A stretch of DNA of 64,000 nucleotides from the human T2T-CHM13v2.0 reference genome, Homo sapiens. The position numbers were made by a program, and so were the translations under genes. Below the pieces are notes generated by a model, which saw nothing but the letters and a program-made list of their open reading frames with translations, was not told the DNA's origin and ran no database searches. The stretch lies in NCBI RefSeq assembly GCF_009914755.1, contig NC_060927.1; one strand, 5' to 3'. Each line of letters starts with the position of its first letter. The first letter of the stretch is position 1. Shown one piece after another: positions 1 through 17,620 of the stretch.

Positions 1-369
1 ATCTGGGCTTCCTTAGAGCTTATTGATATTTTATTAAGACTGAAACATTTTTGTATTATTTAAAAATTCACAAACTCTTAAAACTTTATCTTAAAATGAG
101 TTTTATGAGTGTCTGCTAAAATCATATTATTTATTCATTCATTCATTTGTTAATTGGTTAACTAATCACGCAAACATTTAATGAGCACTTGTTATGTGCC
201 AGCCATGCATTAGCCACCAGATATAAAAAGGAAGCACAGAGACAGTACCAGGCTCAAATAACTCAGAGTCTAGTGGCAAAGTCAGGCATGTCATGAATAA
301 TAATGATATTAGTTTATTATCATTGTCATCTTTAATGTACTTTGAAAAGTTACACCTGAAATGATTTAA

Positions 370-664
370 TTTTTTTTTTTTTTAGACAGGGTCTCACTCT
401 GTTGCTCAGGCTGCAATGCAGTGGCGTGATCTTGGCTTATGGAAACCTCCGCCTTCTGGGCTCAAATGATTCTCGTGCCTCCACCTCCTGAGTAGCTGGG
501 ATTACAGGCGTGAGCCACCACACCAGGCTAATTTTTGTGGTTTTAGTAGAGAGGAGGTTTTGCAATGTTGGCCAGGCTGGTCTCAAGCTCCTGGCCTCAA
601 GTGATCCACTCATCTCCCCCTCCCCAAGTGCTGGGATTACAGGCATGAGCCACCATGCCCGGCC
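370..664 (-). mobile_element. Alu
   Basis: Poly-T followed by the reverse-complement Alu consensus. Confidence 0.9.
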
Positions 665-747
665 CTGGCTGAGAGGGGAAAATAAAATACCAACAGACGC
701 GCATCATTGCACAGATTAAATATAAGAGGCTAAAGAATATTGGATGT

Positions 748-1038
748 GGCCAGGCGTGGTGGCACGTGCCTGTAATCCCAGCACTTTGGGAGCCCGAGGC
801 AGGCGGATCATGAGGTCAGGAGATCGAGACCATCCTGGCCAACATGGTGAAACCTGTCTCTCCTAAAAATACAAAAATTGGCTGGGCTTGGTGGTGCGTA
901 CCTGTAATCCCAGCTACTCGGGAGGCTGAGGCAGGAGACTCTCTTGAACCAGGGAGTCAGAAGTTGCAGTGAGGTGAGATGGTGCCACGGCATTCCAGCC
1001 TGGCAACAGAGCGAGACTCCGTCTCAAAAAAAAAAAAA
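748..1038 (+). mobile_element. Alu (AluS-like)
   Basis: GGCCAGGCGTGG start, dimeric structure, A tail. Confidence 0.9.
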
Positions 1039-1509
1039 TTTGATGTATAAATGCATATTGACTTCAACTACGTCTTCCCCCAAGGTTGTACCTTTTTTGT
1101 GGGCGTGGAAAGTCAGCCAATTCTGAAACTTCCTAAAGTTTATTGACTTAATTATGAGCAAAAACAGTGAGATACTGGCAGAGAAGTGCCATCTTCAGGC
1201 TTCTGTGGGATGTCCTGCTGAGACCTGTGGAGGAGCATGCTGTTTCTTCTTAGAGCTGGAACTTAGTTGAAGGCATCACTCTTTTGCTTGTCAGAATAAT
1301 TAAAAAACTCTCCAGGTGTCGGAGCTCAGCTTCTACTGTGTCAAGTGCAGCAAAAACGTAGCTGACTTAGTTGCCACTGGCATGTACATAAAATGCACGG
1401 CCAGGTAGTTTAGCAGAGCAGAGTGGAGAATCGAAGCAATGATCCTCATGCATATGTTACACATATTTTCTCTGCTTCCTTGCATGCTCCATTGTCCCAT
1501 CAGACTTCA

Positions 1510-1830
<321 letters not shown>

Positions 1831-2558
1831 CACCAGTTCAATGACCAAATTATTAAGAATTTCAAGATGTTGACAGCCGAGCATTAAACCAAGTGCTGGG
1901 TCCTTCTGCTTGCAGGGCCTGTAAGATCGCACAGGTTGCATGTCCATGAAGCCGGTCCTGGCCTTTATTCTATCAGGCTGGGAGCCTAGATAAAATTTTG
2001 ATTAAGTCTGTAAGAATAAGACAATAGATCTTGGGGGAAACTTGTAGCCTAAGTCACACTTTCTAACAATTCTATAAGGAAGGTATCATCTCCTTTTTCC
2101 ATGTTAAGAGACTGGGCTTCAGGGAGATGAGGTAACGAGCCAAGATTACAGAGCTAGCAAGTATCAAGGTCAATATTTGAACCCATATCTTCTAAAGTTA
2201 AGGCCAGTTCTCTTACTGCTGCGGTATGCTTAGCGTTTATGAAATGAAACTGAATTATGTTTAATAAAATACAGTGAGATGAGAATGTAAAAAACACACA
2301 TCTTTCTCATAGGATATTAAAGAAACACAATTTTATTTAAAACAATAACGATACAACACACATGTATTAATTAACTTAATTATTGCAACAGTCCCATGAG
2401 TTAGAGGCTGTTAACATACTCATTTTATAGATGAGAAAACAGAGGCATGGAGAAGTTAAGTAAATTGCCTAAGGTTCCACAGCCAGGATTATAAACTTTG
2501 CGGTCTGAATGTAAAGCCTGAGGTAGTAACCGCTACTCTAGCCTTCAAGTGCAACTTA

Positions 2559-3058
<500 letters not shown>

Positions 3059-3238
3059 GAGAATGGAAAGCCTTTTTTTTCTTCAGTTTTAGAGTTTTAT
3101 TCCATTAAATGGGAAAAGTTCATTGCTTAATGTATATTTTAACTACCTTAGACTATTGTTCTAATTTTTGAAATTAGAATAAAAATAAAATTTTACTCTT
3201 GAAAGAGACTTCATTCACTTATTTATTTATTTTTTTAA

Positions 3239-3512
3239 GGACAAAAAACCAAACACCGCATGTTCTCACTCATGAGTGGGAATTGAACAATGAGAACACA
3301 TGGACACAAGAAGGGGAACATCACACACCGGGGCCTGTTGGGGGGTTGGGGGAGGGGGGAGGGATAGCTCTAGGAGATATACCTAATGCTAAATGACGAG
3401 TTAATGGGTGCAGCACACCAACATGGCACATGTATACATATGTAACAAACCTGCACCTTGTGCACATGTACCCTAAAACTTAAAGTATAATTAAAAATAA
3501 AAAAATAAAAAA
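3239..3512 (+). mobile_element. L1PA 3' end fragment
   Basis: Classic L1PA 3' UTR (CATGTTCTCACTC...GAACAATGAGAACAC...CCTAAAACTTAAAGTATAAT) plus A tail. Confidence 0.93.
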
Positions 3513-3564
3513 GGAGAGCCATTTTAATAAAAGGACAGTTTCAGACTTAGTATAAGATTTTTTG

Positions 3565-4159
<595 letters not shown>

Positions 4160-5189
4160 GATTTTTTAACACAAATACTTTCCCAGTTAAAAATGTTAGT
4201 TTAGGGGTAGGGTTAAATTATAGACCTGTTGGTTTTTCAAAACAGATTTTCTTAGAAAATAATCCTTTGTCTGTAGTCAATTGGAAAATAAAAGGAACTC
4301 AAGCTTCTCTATGGTATAGGGGCTCTTGGATATTTGTATCTCTGGAAAGAGGAAATATAGACTCATATTCTCTACCACGTCACAAACAGATTTTCAGGAA
4401 ATAAGGGGAATTCTCTATGGAAGGAAATAAACTCTCTCGTAGGCCTTGAGGTCCTAATTAATGACAGGGATGTATGCAGAAAGTAAAGGCACACACAAAT
4501 ACTTTTTGGTAGGTGTGGTTCACTGGGGGCAGCACTTGTTAGCAAGTCCCAGTGTTGTTAAGGCAAGGGAATGGACAGTGTTCAGGCTATAGATTTGGTT
4601 GGCAAACAAAATGCCAAAACGAGTGGGTATGCTCTGTTTTCAGCAAAGAAATCATTGGGCTGGAAAACCCTCAAAATATCAATCATACAACAAGACCTCT
4701 TTAGGAAAACAATATTAGGATTTTTGCACATAGCCCTTTTGAAGTTAACCAGTTTTGGCTTAAAACTTGAAAATAAAACAAGAGTGCACATTAGATCAAG
4801 AGGTCTTTTTAAGCCACTTTTGATCCTGGAAGACCCCTAGAGAGAAGACAGAGCCTTGGTATTGTTAAAAAAAAAATTGGCCTCAGGATGGAAAAGAAAG
4901 AGAGCCAGGATTCTGATTTCTCAGTCCTGTACTTTCCCTCCAAGGGAGGGTGCTGGGCCAAGCTGTGGCTGGGAGGCCATCAAAGACTCCTTCTGTGTAT
5001 TAAGATTTGGAATTTATTTCTGATGTCATGATAAGGACAAAAGAATCTTGCACTGTGTCAGGCTGGGGTAGCTGCTGTGCTCCTGATGGGGAGAAGGATT
5101 GGGTAAGTGTCCTCCTGGAGGGCCACCTCCAAAGCCAGGCGTTGTCTCCGGAACAAATCCAACTTTCACTTCGTAGCCTGTTAGAGAGT

Positions 5190-5340
5190 TTTTCCCCATG
5201 AATACCTCTGAACCCTCCTTGAACCCCATAATGTTTCAGCTAGCAATGTCACTTGAAGTTAACAAGTTCCATATGTTTGCCCCCACCACAGTGAAAGTTG
5301 TTTTTCCTTTTATTTCTTCTCCAATTGTCTCCTGTCCCTT
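5190..5340 (-). mobile_element. Ancient CR1/L3-type LINE 3' remnant
   Basis: Minus strand reads RRNKGKTTFTVVGANIWNLL...NIMGFKEGSEVFM, resembling the CR1 ORF2 C-terminus (FFT..V.N.WN.L.....FK..LD.FM). Confidence 0.5.
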
Positions 5341-6574
5341 TGCCCCATCCATAGTTCATTTGGTTGCCATCAAATTTGCTCTCCTCGTCTCATTAGGTCA
5401 TTAAATGAATTCCAGCACCTGAAAAGAGCAGTTTTTAAGATTCAAGTTTTGCTGAAGAATTGAGGTAAAATATTTTGTGGGCAACTGAAGATATGGGTAC
5501 AGCAATAAGTGCATTAGCTTCACGTGCATCCGCCTTCTAACCTGTTAAGCGGAAACAAAAGTTCCACGGGATGCGTGAGAAGAAAACAAAACATGTTTCA
5601 ATCTCATTTTCAAACACTAAATTGCTATATAATGATAAGTGATAAAAATGCCTCTAATTTCCATCTATTTTTTTTTTCAATAACCAGCTGGGCATTTTTT
5701 AGAAACTTAGAATTCATCCTATTATGAATTCAAATTAGTGTGTTCTTAGGAAAGATACTAGAATGTGCCTTTGTTCTGTCAAATGAATTTATTTTTTAAT
5801 GATCAGATCTTGAGAGTTTGCTAGAAAATGCCACTAAACTTCAAGATATAATTCTTCTCTAATATACTTTCTTATATGGATAGATAATTCCACATTTTTG
5901 TCTTTTAACCAGTGGTGTAGCTTAAATATTAGGCCACCGAAATTTTTAGAGAGGATTTCTCTCTGTTTGATTATTATAAAAAAACAGACCATGGCCTCCC
6001 AACAGTTTCTTTTTCTCTTCCCGTCCCCCCCTTTTTATATCTTTCTTCACATTTTATGTATAGGACTCATGCCATTTTTTATATCTATACTATTAGATCT
6101 TATAAGAAGATTCTCATTCTGCAAACTTTTATTAACTACCTCCTCTGGCAATAAATGTCCATACTTATGTTTATTTAATTGTATAAAGATGTGCAGCTGT
6201 AATAATGTATCATGTACAGCATAAAATGTACACAAAAAGTTAAATAATAGGAAAAAATGAAATAACATTTTAATTTTATTTCATATTATTTATTAATGAT
6301 ACAAGCTTTTTTCTTTTTTGTTAGTAATATTTTAGTGAGATCAATATTTGAACCTACTTCATTATTTAATATTTGGGATAAAAACATTCAAAGGTCTGAT
6401 TCTTAGTTCAGTTAATTTTATTACTTGGTTTCAGTGGCTGCTTTAGCTGAAAAAAAAATCTTATATGGATACATAGAACCATACAGCAGAAACACATAAT
6501 CATATCGTTATACCCTGCGTCAAAGGGTATAATGCAAAGATTTATATTAAACATTTTGCAAAGATTTACATTAA

Positions 6575-6967
<393 letters not shown>

Positions 6968-7231
6968 TGCATTTTTGTATTTCTAAAAAATGGCTTGAAA
7001 GCCCATGGAGACTCTTGATTTGTAAGATTACTTAACCACGTTTAAAAATTCTAAATTTTCTGTATCTATGATAGGACTATTTTTATGGATGACACATAAT
7101 ATTTTCATTAATAAGATAATATACCTGTCCAAATATCTTTGTTCAAAATGGTCTCTCCATAGAACTCATTTCATTTGAAAAGCAATTAAAAGCAATTGCT
7201 TTCTCATGAGTTCACGGATTATTTCTCATAA

Positions 7232-7695
<464 letters not shown>

Positions 7696-9786
7696 TAGTT
7701 TAGAAGAAACAAATAATGCAATGTAAACGTCTACTTAAATGGGCATTTATAATCTAACAACTATCATATCTCAAATGAAGAGTGATGGTGGCACTGCCCA
7801 CCTCTCTTCATTGATGAGGATCCTTTATCCTCGGGAGCACCTGATGACCCGCATGGTCATCAGACCACAGAAGGATGCTCTGATGAATACGTGATTCCAT
7901 CTAAATCCATAGTAAACTCCATGATACAATACAATACGATACAAATTAGGCCTTACATATTAAATATGAGGCTTAATTTTTCTTAATCCTGAGATTAAAA
8001 ACATTTTAGAAAATTAAATAATATTTTCTTTTTTGTATCTTTTTGGAGGCTTCTGATCCACAGGGGAAGAGAGAGAGAGACATATAAACCAATAACTGTA
8101 TTCAACATGTAAAATGCTATGTACATGAAAAAAAGAATGCTATGGGAACTTGTGGGGGAGGAAGGGAGACAGAGGGCAAATTCCAGAAAGTCAAAGAGAG
8201 GAGATACTTTTGAGACGAAGTTGAAGAATAAATGGGAGTATGCTGAACCAACAAGTGGGCCAAGGACATTCAAGAAGACACAAGAAAAGAGAGTGTGCTC
8301 AGGAAACACTGAGGAGCTGGTTGAGGTCAGGATATAAGATGCCTGGGGGAGGGGCAGCCATGAACCTGGAGAGCTGGGTGTGATGCGGCTGTGAGGGGCT
8401 TTGCTCTGTTGGCAGTAGGGAGCCACTGAAGATTTTAAGGGGAAAAATGACCTTAGTGAAGGATATATTTCATTTACAAATCATGAACCATATACACATT
8501 TTATACATAATTACATTTTTGGCAGATGTGGATAAAATTCTGTTCGATCTGATTTAACAAATAATTATTGGCCATTATGGCAAGCGGTATCCCCAGATTT
8601 GGTGGAACAATTAAGCTGAATATTTACAGTGAAATACACAGATGTATGCATTTGTCTTTTAAAATTGTAATTTTCTGGAAATCTTTGACATCTGGAACAA
8701 ATTCACACTAATATTTAGTCCTTAACAATATATATGTTTGGGGTTTATGTTGTAGCACTATGTTATGAATAAGGCAGTGTTATGACATTCTTCAGAGATC
8801 AATGACATCTAAGTTCAAGGCTGACCTATAGATATGGTATTCTATGCTATCATGAAGGTGACCATATTTCCAGAACCCCCATACACTTTTCTTCCTAACT
8901 GAGAATTTATATGTATGAAATGATTAAATCATACTTACATCCTGAAAGAAACAAAACAAAACCAATATGTATGTAGGCCAGACATCCAAGCTAATGAACT
9001 CTGAGTGTGACTTCCTTCTGCTGATGGAATATAAGCATCCTAAACCTATATATGCCATGTAGAGAGAGTGGCCTGTGTATGATGTGGCCTTGAGAGGCTA
9101 GCTTCTATTATTTGTGTCATTGTTTGGAAAAAGGTGCCAGGATGCCTTCTTGGTTTGTCAGTGAGAACATGACAAATATTTGAAAAGGCCCTTCTGTCAT
9201 AAGAAATAAAGATTATTTTTATTTCTGATTAGAAAAGTAAAATATGCTTTGAAGAACAGCTAGAGAAAACAAAAAAGTATGAAAAAGAAAATGCAAAACC
9301 ACCCCAAATCAGAATTTTTAGAGGTAACAATCATTAACACTTTATATAATCTTCTTCCAAATATTTTTCTATGCTATATAACATACACACTTATTCAAAA
9401 CTAAATATATACTAAATATACATTTTGCATCCTACTTTTACAATTTAACATAATTGCCATTCCTTATGTCATTAAACATTCTTTGAAAACTTGTTTTTAG
9501 ATGGCTATACAGTATTGAGTTTTATAGATACACCATAATTAATTTAAACAATTTCTAGTTTGGGGCATTAAGTCGATTTCAATTTTTTTTTTGGTATTTT
9601 TTTCCCCTGTAGTTACAGATAAATACATCTGGTGATTTATTTTCTTAGGATCATTTTCTAAAAGTGATTAAAGGATCTGAATTCTTTCAGATAGAACTGT
9701 TGAATATTTAAACAGAGTGATTGAAATTGTTCTCTGCTTTTGGCGGGAGCATAGCGAGGGTATCTGGATGATGAGGGAAAACTTAA

Positions 9787-10086
<300 letters not shown>

Positions 10087-11519
10087 CGGAAAACTTAACT
10101 TGTATGTATTCACTCCTTCAGGAAATATTTATTGAGTGCCTCTTGTGCCCCAGGCTCCGCACTAGGTGCCAGCGTGCAGCAGGAAGCAGGAGAGCACGTT
10201 CACTGCCCTCCTGGCTTGCCTGCATTTACATAGACAGCAATGGCGATCCTGGTCTCTCTAAGTCCGAGCCTCTTTGCTCCACCCCCCCGCCCCCCCACCG
10301 CCATCTCTCCCCTCAGAGTGGTCCTTGGGGATTTCACTTCAGGGCAGGTTTGTGGTGTCTTCCAGTCCTTGTTGTATTTAGCGCTATCTTGGGGAAAAGT
10401 TGTGAAGTATGTCTTTGGGACCCTGGCCTCTCCCTTCTGTACTTGAGTCCCCTTAATTCCCTCTCAGGCACCCAGGGACCTCAGAATATTTTTTCTCATG
10501 GCTTGTGAAGACCTGCTTTCTCAGAAGGAACTGATGATGTCAGTCGTTCATATCTCAACGTGGGTGAATTAAGACGCTGTGTTCCTTCTTCCAGGGGGAG
10601 TTAACTGTGAAGGCACTTAACAATCTCCTTATTGAGGAACGCGGGACTTTGTTTCCAATGGAGGAATTTCTGGCATCAGAGAGCAGATAGGGCAGAGGTG
10701 CTTTCTTCTGCGGCTCCTCAAGGCTCACAGCTTGCTATGGAAGCATCCTTGGAGGACATCTCCTTCCCTGCCCTTTCCATCAACGTTGGTTAATCCAATC
10801 TCCACCTTCTCTTAAAAGATTGACATGACGAGTGAGGAAGCCAAGGACATTGCATCCGCATCTTAAACTTAATCTCAGTACATGAAAGGGGCTGCTTTGG
10901 AAATAGAGCTTCATGAAACAGGGAAATCCCGTGGCCAGGAAACCCCTCGCTCCTCCCCACCCCACCCTGTGAGGAGTGTCTCCACTAGGAAGGAAATTAA
11001 ATCAGTCTTCCAGCCACCAGAATTGAATTGGGATGGACTATTTCCTCTTTGGATTATGTTCCAAATTGCATTCCTGTTGCTCTGTTTGAAGTTAGAGTCA
11101 GAAATCATTCGTATTTCCCCTCTCTGAAGGAAAGCCTGCTGCAATGCTTATCTCATCGAGTTAATTGACCTACAAAGGGCTCATTCCTTCCTAAAAACAC
11201 TCTGCATGGCTCTGATGGGTAAGCATCAGGCTAACACATATATATAATAAAAGTTCGAAAAGTTTGAATTTTTAGGTTGTAGAAATGGGAACATGTGGTT
11301 TTCTCTCTGAGCCTCAGAGCTGGGTGTTTTTTCTGCCCTGGATTTGATTGAGGCTGATGAGAGCATGGAAGGGCCTACCCTCAGGTGGGGAAAGAGGAGG
11401 AATTTGAGAATTTGGCACAGAAAGGGCTCTCTTTGCCAGTCAGCGAACTGTTGATAGCTGGGAATAAAATGTGGAAGAACTGTTTGGCTTATGAAGATCT
11501 CCTAAATTTCTAATCAAGT

Positions 11520-13900
<2,381 letters not shown>

Positions 13901-14327
13901 TTTAATTTTAAGACCCATGTAATAAGGTTGTAGTTTGGAATATTAATCCAATTATTTTTGATCCTGGTAATCCCTACTTCTAAATTGTCCTATGACTCCT
14001 CTTGGATACTATTTGTAGTCTCTTCTGTGGTTAAAAAAAAAAAAAAAGGGCAATCCTTTCACCAGTTATGAGGCTATTGTCCCCAGGAGGACATATGTAA
14101 GATAATATGTAGAGGGAGTCCTTGTCAGAAGGAAAAAAGAGTGGAAACCCAGCCCCTGCTGGTCCTGATGGATGGTGGACAGGGGAAGAAAAATAGAGGT
14201 AGAATAGAGGGGGAGAAATGCTTGTCCAGGCTTTCCCTCCTCTGTGGGTGGAGGTATGGTAGGAGTGAGAAAGCCTGAAAACATTGTGTGTTGGGGGTAA
14301 TGGTATACGTACTTGGAAGGGATATAA

Positions 14328-14735
14328 GCAGTGATCTGCTGGTAAATGTGTACAGCCATTTCTCTGAGAGAGAAAAACAGTTCTGATTTTGTAGCATTTT
14401 CCAATTCCCATGGTGTAAATCCTTCCACTACGGCTGATTTCAAGCTTCCAATGTGAATTCACTAAACATAGAGTTGAGGAAGAGATGTGCAATAGCTCAT
14501 CATTATGTAGTATTTCTGCCATGCAGATATAATAATTGTAAATAACCTCGAGAGCATAGGTAACAGTAAAACATAGTAAAATAGCTTTGAGTATTTATTG
14601 CCTTTGTTTTCAATGTAATTAATTTATTTGTAAGTTTATAGAACTCAAGTTTTAATAATGTTGTATTTAGCAACTGACTCACAAAAGTCGTAAGTTACCA
14701 ATCATTTTCATGAGCAAGCTGCAGCATGTCATTGG
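14328..14735. mobile_element. Non-autonomous hAT DNA transposon fossil (MER63-like)
   Basis: Starts cagtgatctgctggtaaatgt and ends gcagcatgtcattgg, forming degenerate terminal inverted repeats. Family assigned from memory of the consensus. Confidence 0.5.
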
Positions 14736-15868
14736 CTCCAATTCTCAATGAGCAGAGCTCAGGAATGAATGTGTATTATTAGTGAAGGAAGTGGCTGGAT
14801 ACTCGAGTCTAACGTGGTGATTCTGATTTCCCAAGACTCAGGGTGACATGCAGTGGATTCTAAAGTGCTGAGGGCTCAGTGGGCCAGCCCAGGCCTGGAG
14901 TCTGAATGAAGAGGCATCAGTGTGCCGGAACTTCATGACTGGGTTCAGTGCCAGACCTGCAGACTTTGAAAGTGAATGTCATCATGAAGCCCACATGGCT
15001 GGATGGGTCAGGTTCTCCTCAGTTGTCACCTGTCCAGGGGCAGTCCAGGTAGCTATTCTGCAGGAGCTAAGGGGTCCAGAGTACCCTAGTTCTCATTTGC
15101 ACCCCTCTCCTTATGAGATCACAGAAGCTCTGTTTCCAGAAGTAATTTGGAGAGAAGCAAGGGGAAGGGAGGAAATCCAAAAGACTGAGCATTTATCCCA
15201 AATGGACTCAACCATCTAAAAACACTAAATGGAAATCAACTGGGATTCCATCATACCTTAATACATTTAAGACATGATTACACAATACATTTGTATATAA
15301 AACATTAATATATTTATGGATTGTTTTTCTTCCCCTGCTATCGAGGCAGGTGGACCATTGCAAGGGAGATCAGGGAGTTGCAGGAAATAAAGATATGGCA
15401 GTTTCTTTGCATCCCATGTGATATGGAAAATATGTGGCCCTGCTACACCCTCTACCTTTTTCTCCAGGTATCACCACCTGCGCCATCAACAAGTAAGATC
15501 AATTAAGCCACCATCAATGCTATGGTAATTTGGTTTGGGACTGTAGGCAGATACTGTTCTTCTAATTGTTCTTTAAAATAAATGGGGGCAATGAACTGAA
15601 TGTTCTGTATTAGACATAAGATGGTGCAGAGGGTGTGGGGGGCTGCAGCTTGAGTAGGACTGCACCGGGAGAGGGGTAATTAATGAGGCAGTGTAGTGAG
15701 CAGGGTCCCTGAGAGAGCCCTGTACCCTTGTTAGAAGAACATGAGAGGGAGACAGCGCCAGGTCAGGTTCTTCTGAGAGCCCACTAAAGTGGAACTTTCA
15801 TGTTCTCCTCATGGAAGTAAAGTAAATTTAAAGGGGTAGGATGGCACTGACTTTCTTCAAATTTAAAT

Positions 15869-15874
15869 TTTATT
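15869..15874 (-). promoter_or_regulatory. Polyadenylation signal AATAAA (probable distal SLC7A14 PAS)
   Basis: tttatt on + strand, with a U-rich stretch downstream on the minus strand. Further AATAAA at 15903-15908 and 16229-16234. Confidence 0.7.
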
Positions 15875-17167
15875 AGTCGATTAGCTGTACTTTTTAAAAT
15901 GTTTTATTCTGAAAATGAATTTTCCACAATAATGCAATTCAAAGTGAACTCATTTATCTGGCTTTTCTACAAAGGACAATTGAAACACTTAAGGCGAAAT
16001 TCACTTATTCATCTCCATTTAAGAATGGAAAAAAAGTAACAGACTTCAGATACTGGTTAAGGTTAACAAAATATGGGAAGGCTCCTTTTTCTTTTCTTTC
16101 TTTTTTTTTGGTAGTCTCGTGTAAAAGCTTTACATTACTATGGATATTTTATAGTAAGACACTTTTGTTTCTGACTTTCTTTATAAACCCATTTTTAAAT
16201 TTAAAGGCACACAATAAAGCTTTATGCATTTATTAAAATATACACATTTTGTTAAATTTAGAATTTTCCCTTAGTAGCTTGATAAATCAATATATTGTCA
16301 ACACCACACATTTGAAAATAAAACACATTTCATAATACATCTGCATATTATTTCTTTCTTCATGATACACTACATTGTACAGCACACCAATGGGAATTAA
16401 AAACCACAAAACGAACAAACTTTAACAAATACAGCAATTTCATACCAAAAAAAGATAGCAGAGAACAACACTAGGAATTACCATCTGTAAATGCAAGTTG
16501 TACTTCTCAAGGACGAAACGAAAAAGAAACAAGTTAGTAAAATTTACAAGCTGTATTTATAACTTTGGATGTGAATTAAACAGTAACGTTTCTTTTCCAC
16601 AGTGAGAAAAGCTAGAATGTGGAGTCCTGTCATCAGATGATGTGACTACATGGAATGAGGACTATAGCTGCTCTCTTAAAAACCTGCAGCCCCCTCTCTC
16701 AGCCCAGACAGTTGAGGTATTTATGCACCATCATAACATTAACAGCATCTTTGCTTTGGAAAGTGGGGGTTTATGATTTCTAGGGTAAATCCTCGCCTTT
16801 GGGAGTGTGAATGAGACAAGTGTATCAGCAACTGCCAGGACCAATCAATAGATGTGCATGGAACATTCTCTTCATCCCCAAATCAGAATGAACACAGTCC
16901 TTTAAAGTCTGCACTGCAGGTGAAATTCACATGACTCACAATTCCCTTTAGCCAATGTTACCGAAGTCAGTGTCAAGAAAACTTAACAGAAAAAAAAAAA
17001 AGCACAGAGTGAGTTCCTACCATAAAAATCCAGGCTGCCCCTGTTTCCTAGCTCTAATATAAGCCATTTTCTTTCCTTATGTGTACCAACATGTACTAAA
17101 TGTCCCAAAGAGTAAGAAATTAGAACTACCTGTTGTCCGAAGACCTTAAGCCCAAAGCTATCTGTGA

Positions 17168-17620
<453 letters not shown>

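Noticed and set aside
7774-7812. Iron-responsive-element-like CAGTG loop on the minus strand
   Set aside because: The loop register is wrong, there is no 5' C bulge, and it is not in a known UTR.
7811-7890. Hammerhead ribozyme core (CTGATGA)
   Set aside because: No GAAA follows a stem II on either strand.
8855-8875. aggtgaccatatttcc resembling a hAT-Blackjack/MER94 terminus
   Set aside because: It is too short and no matching opposite terminus was found.
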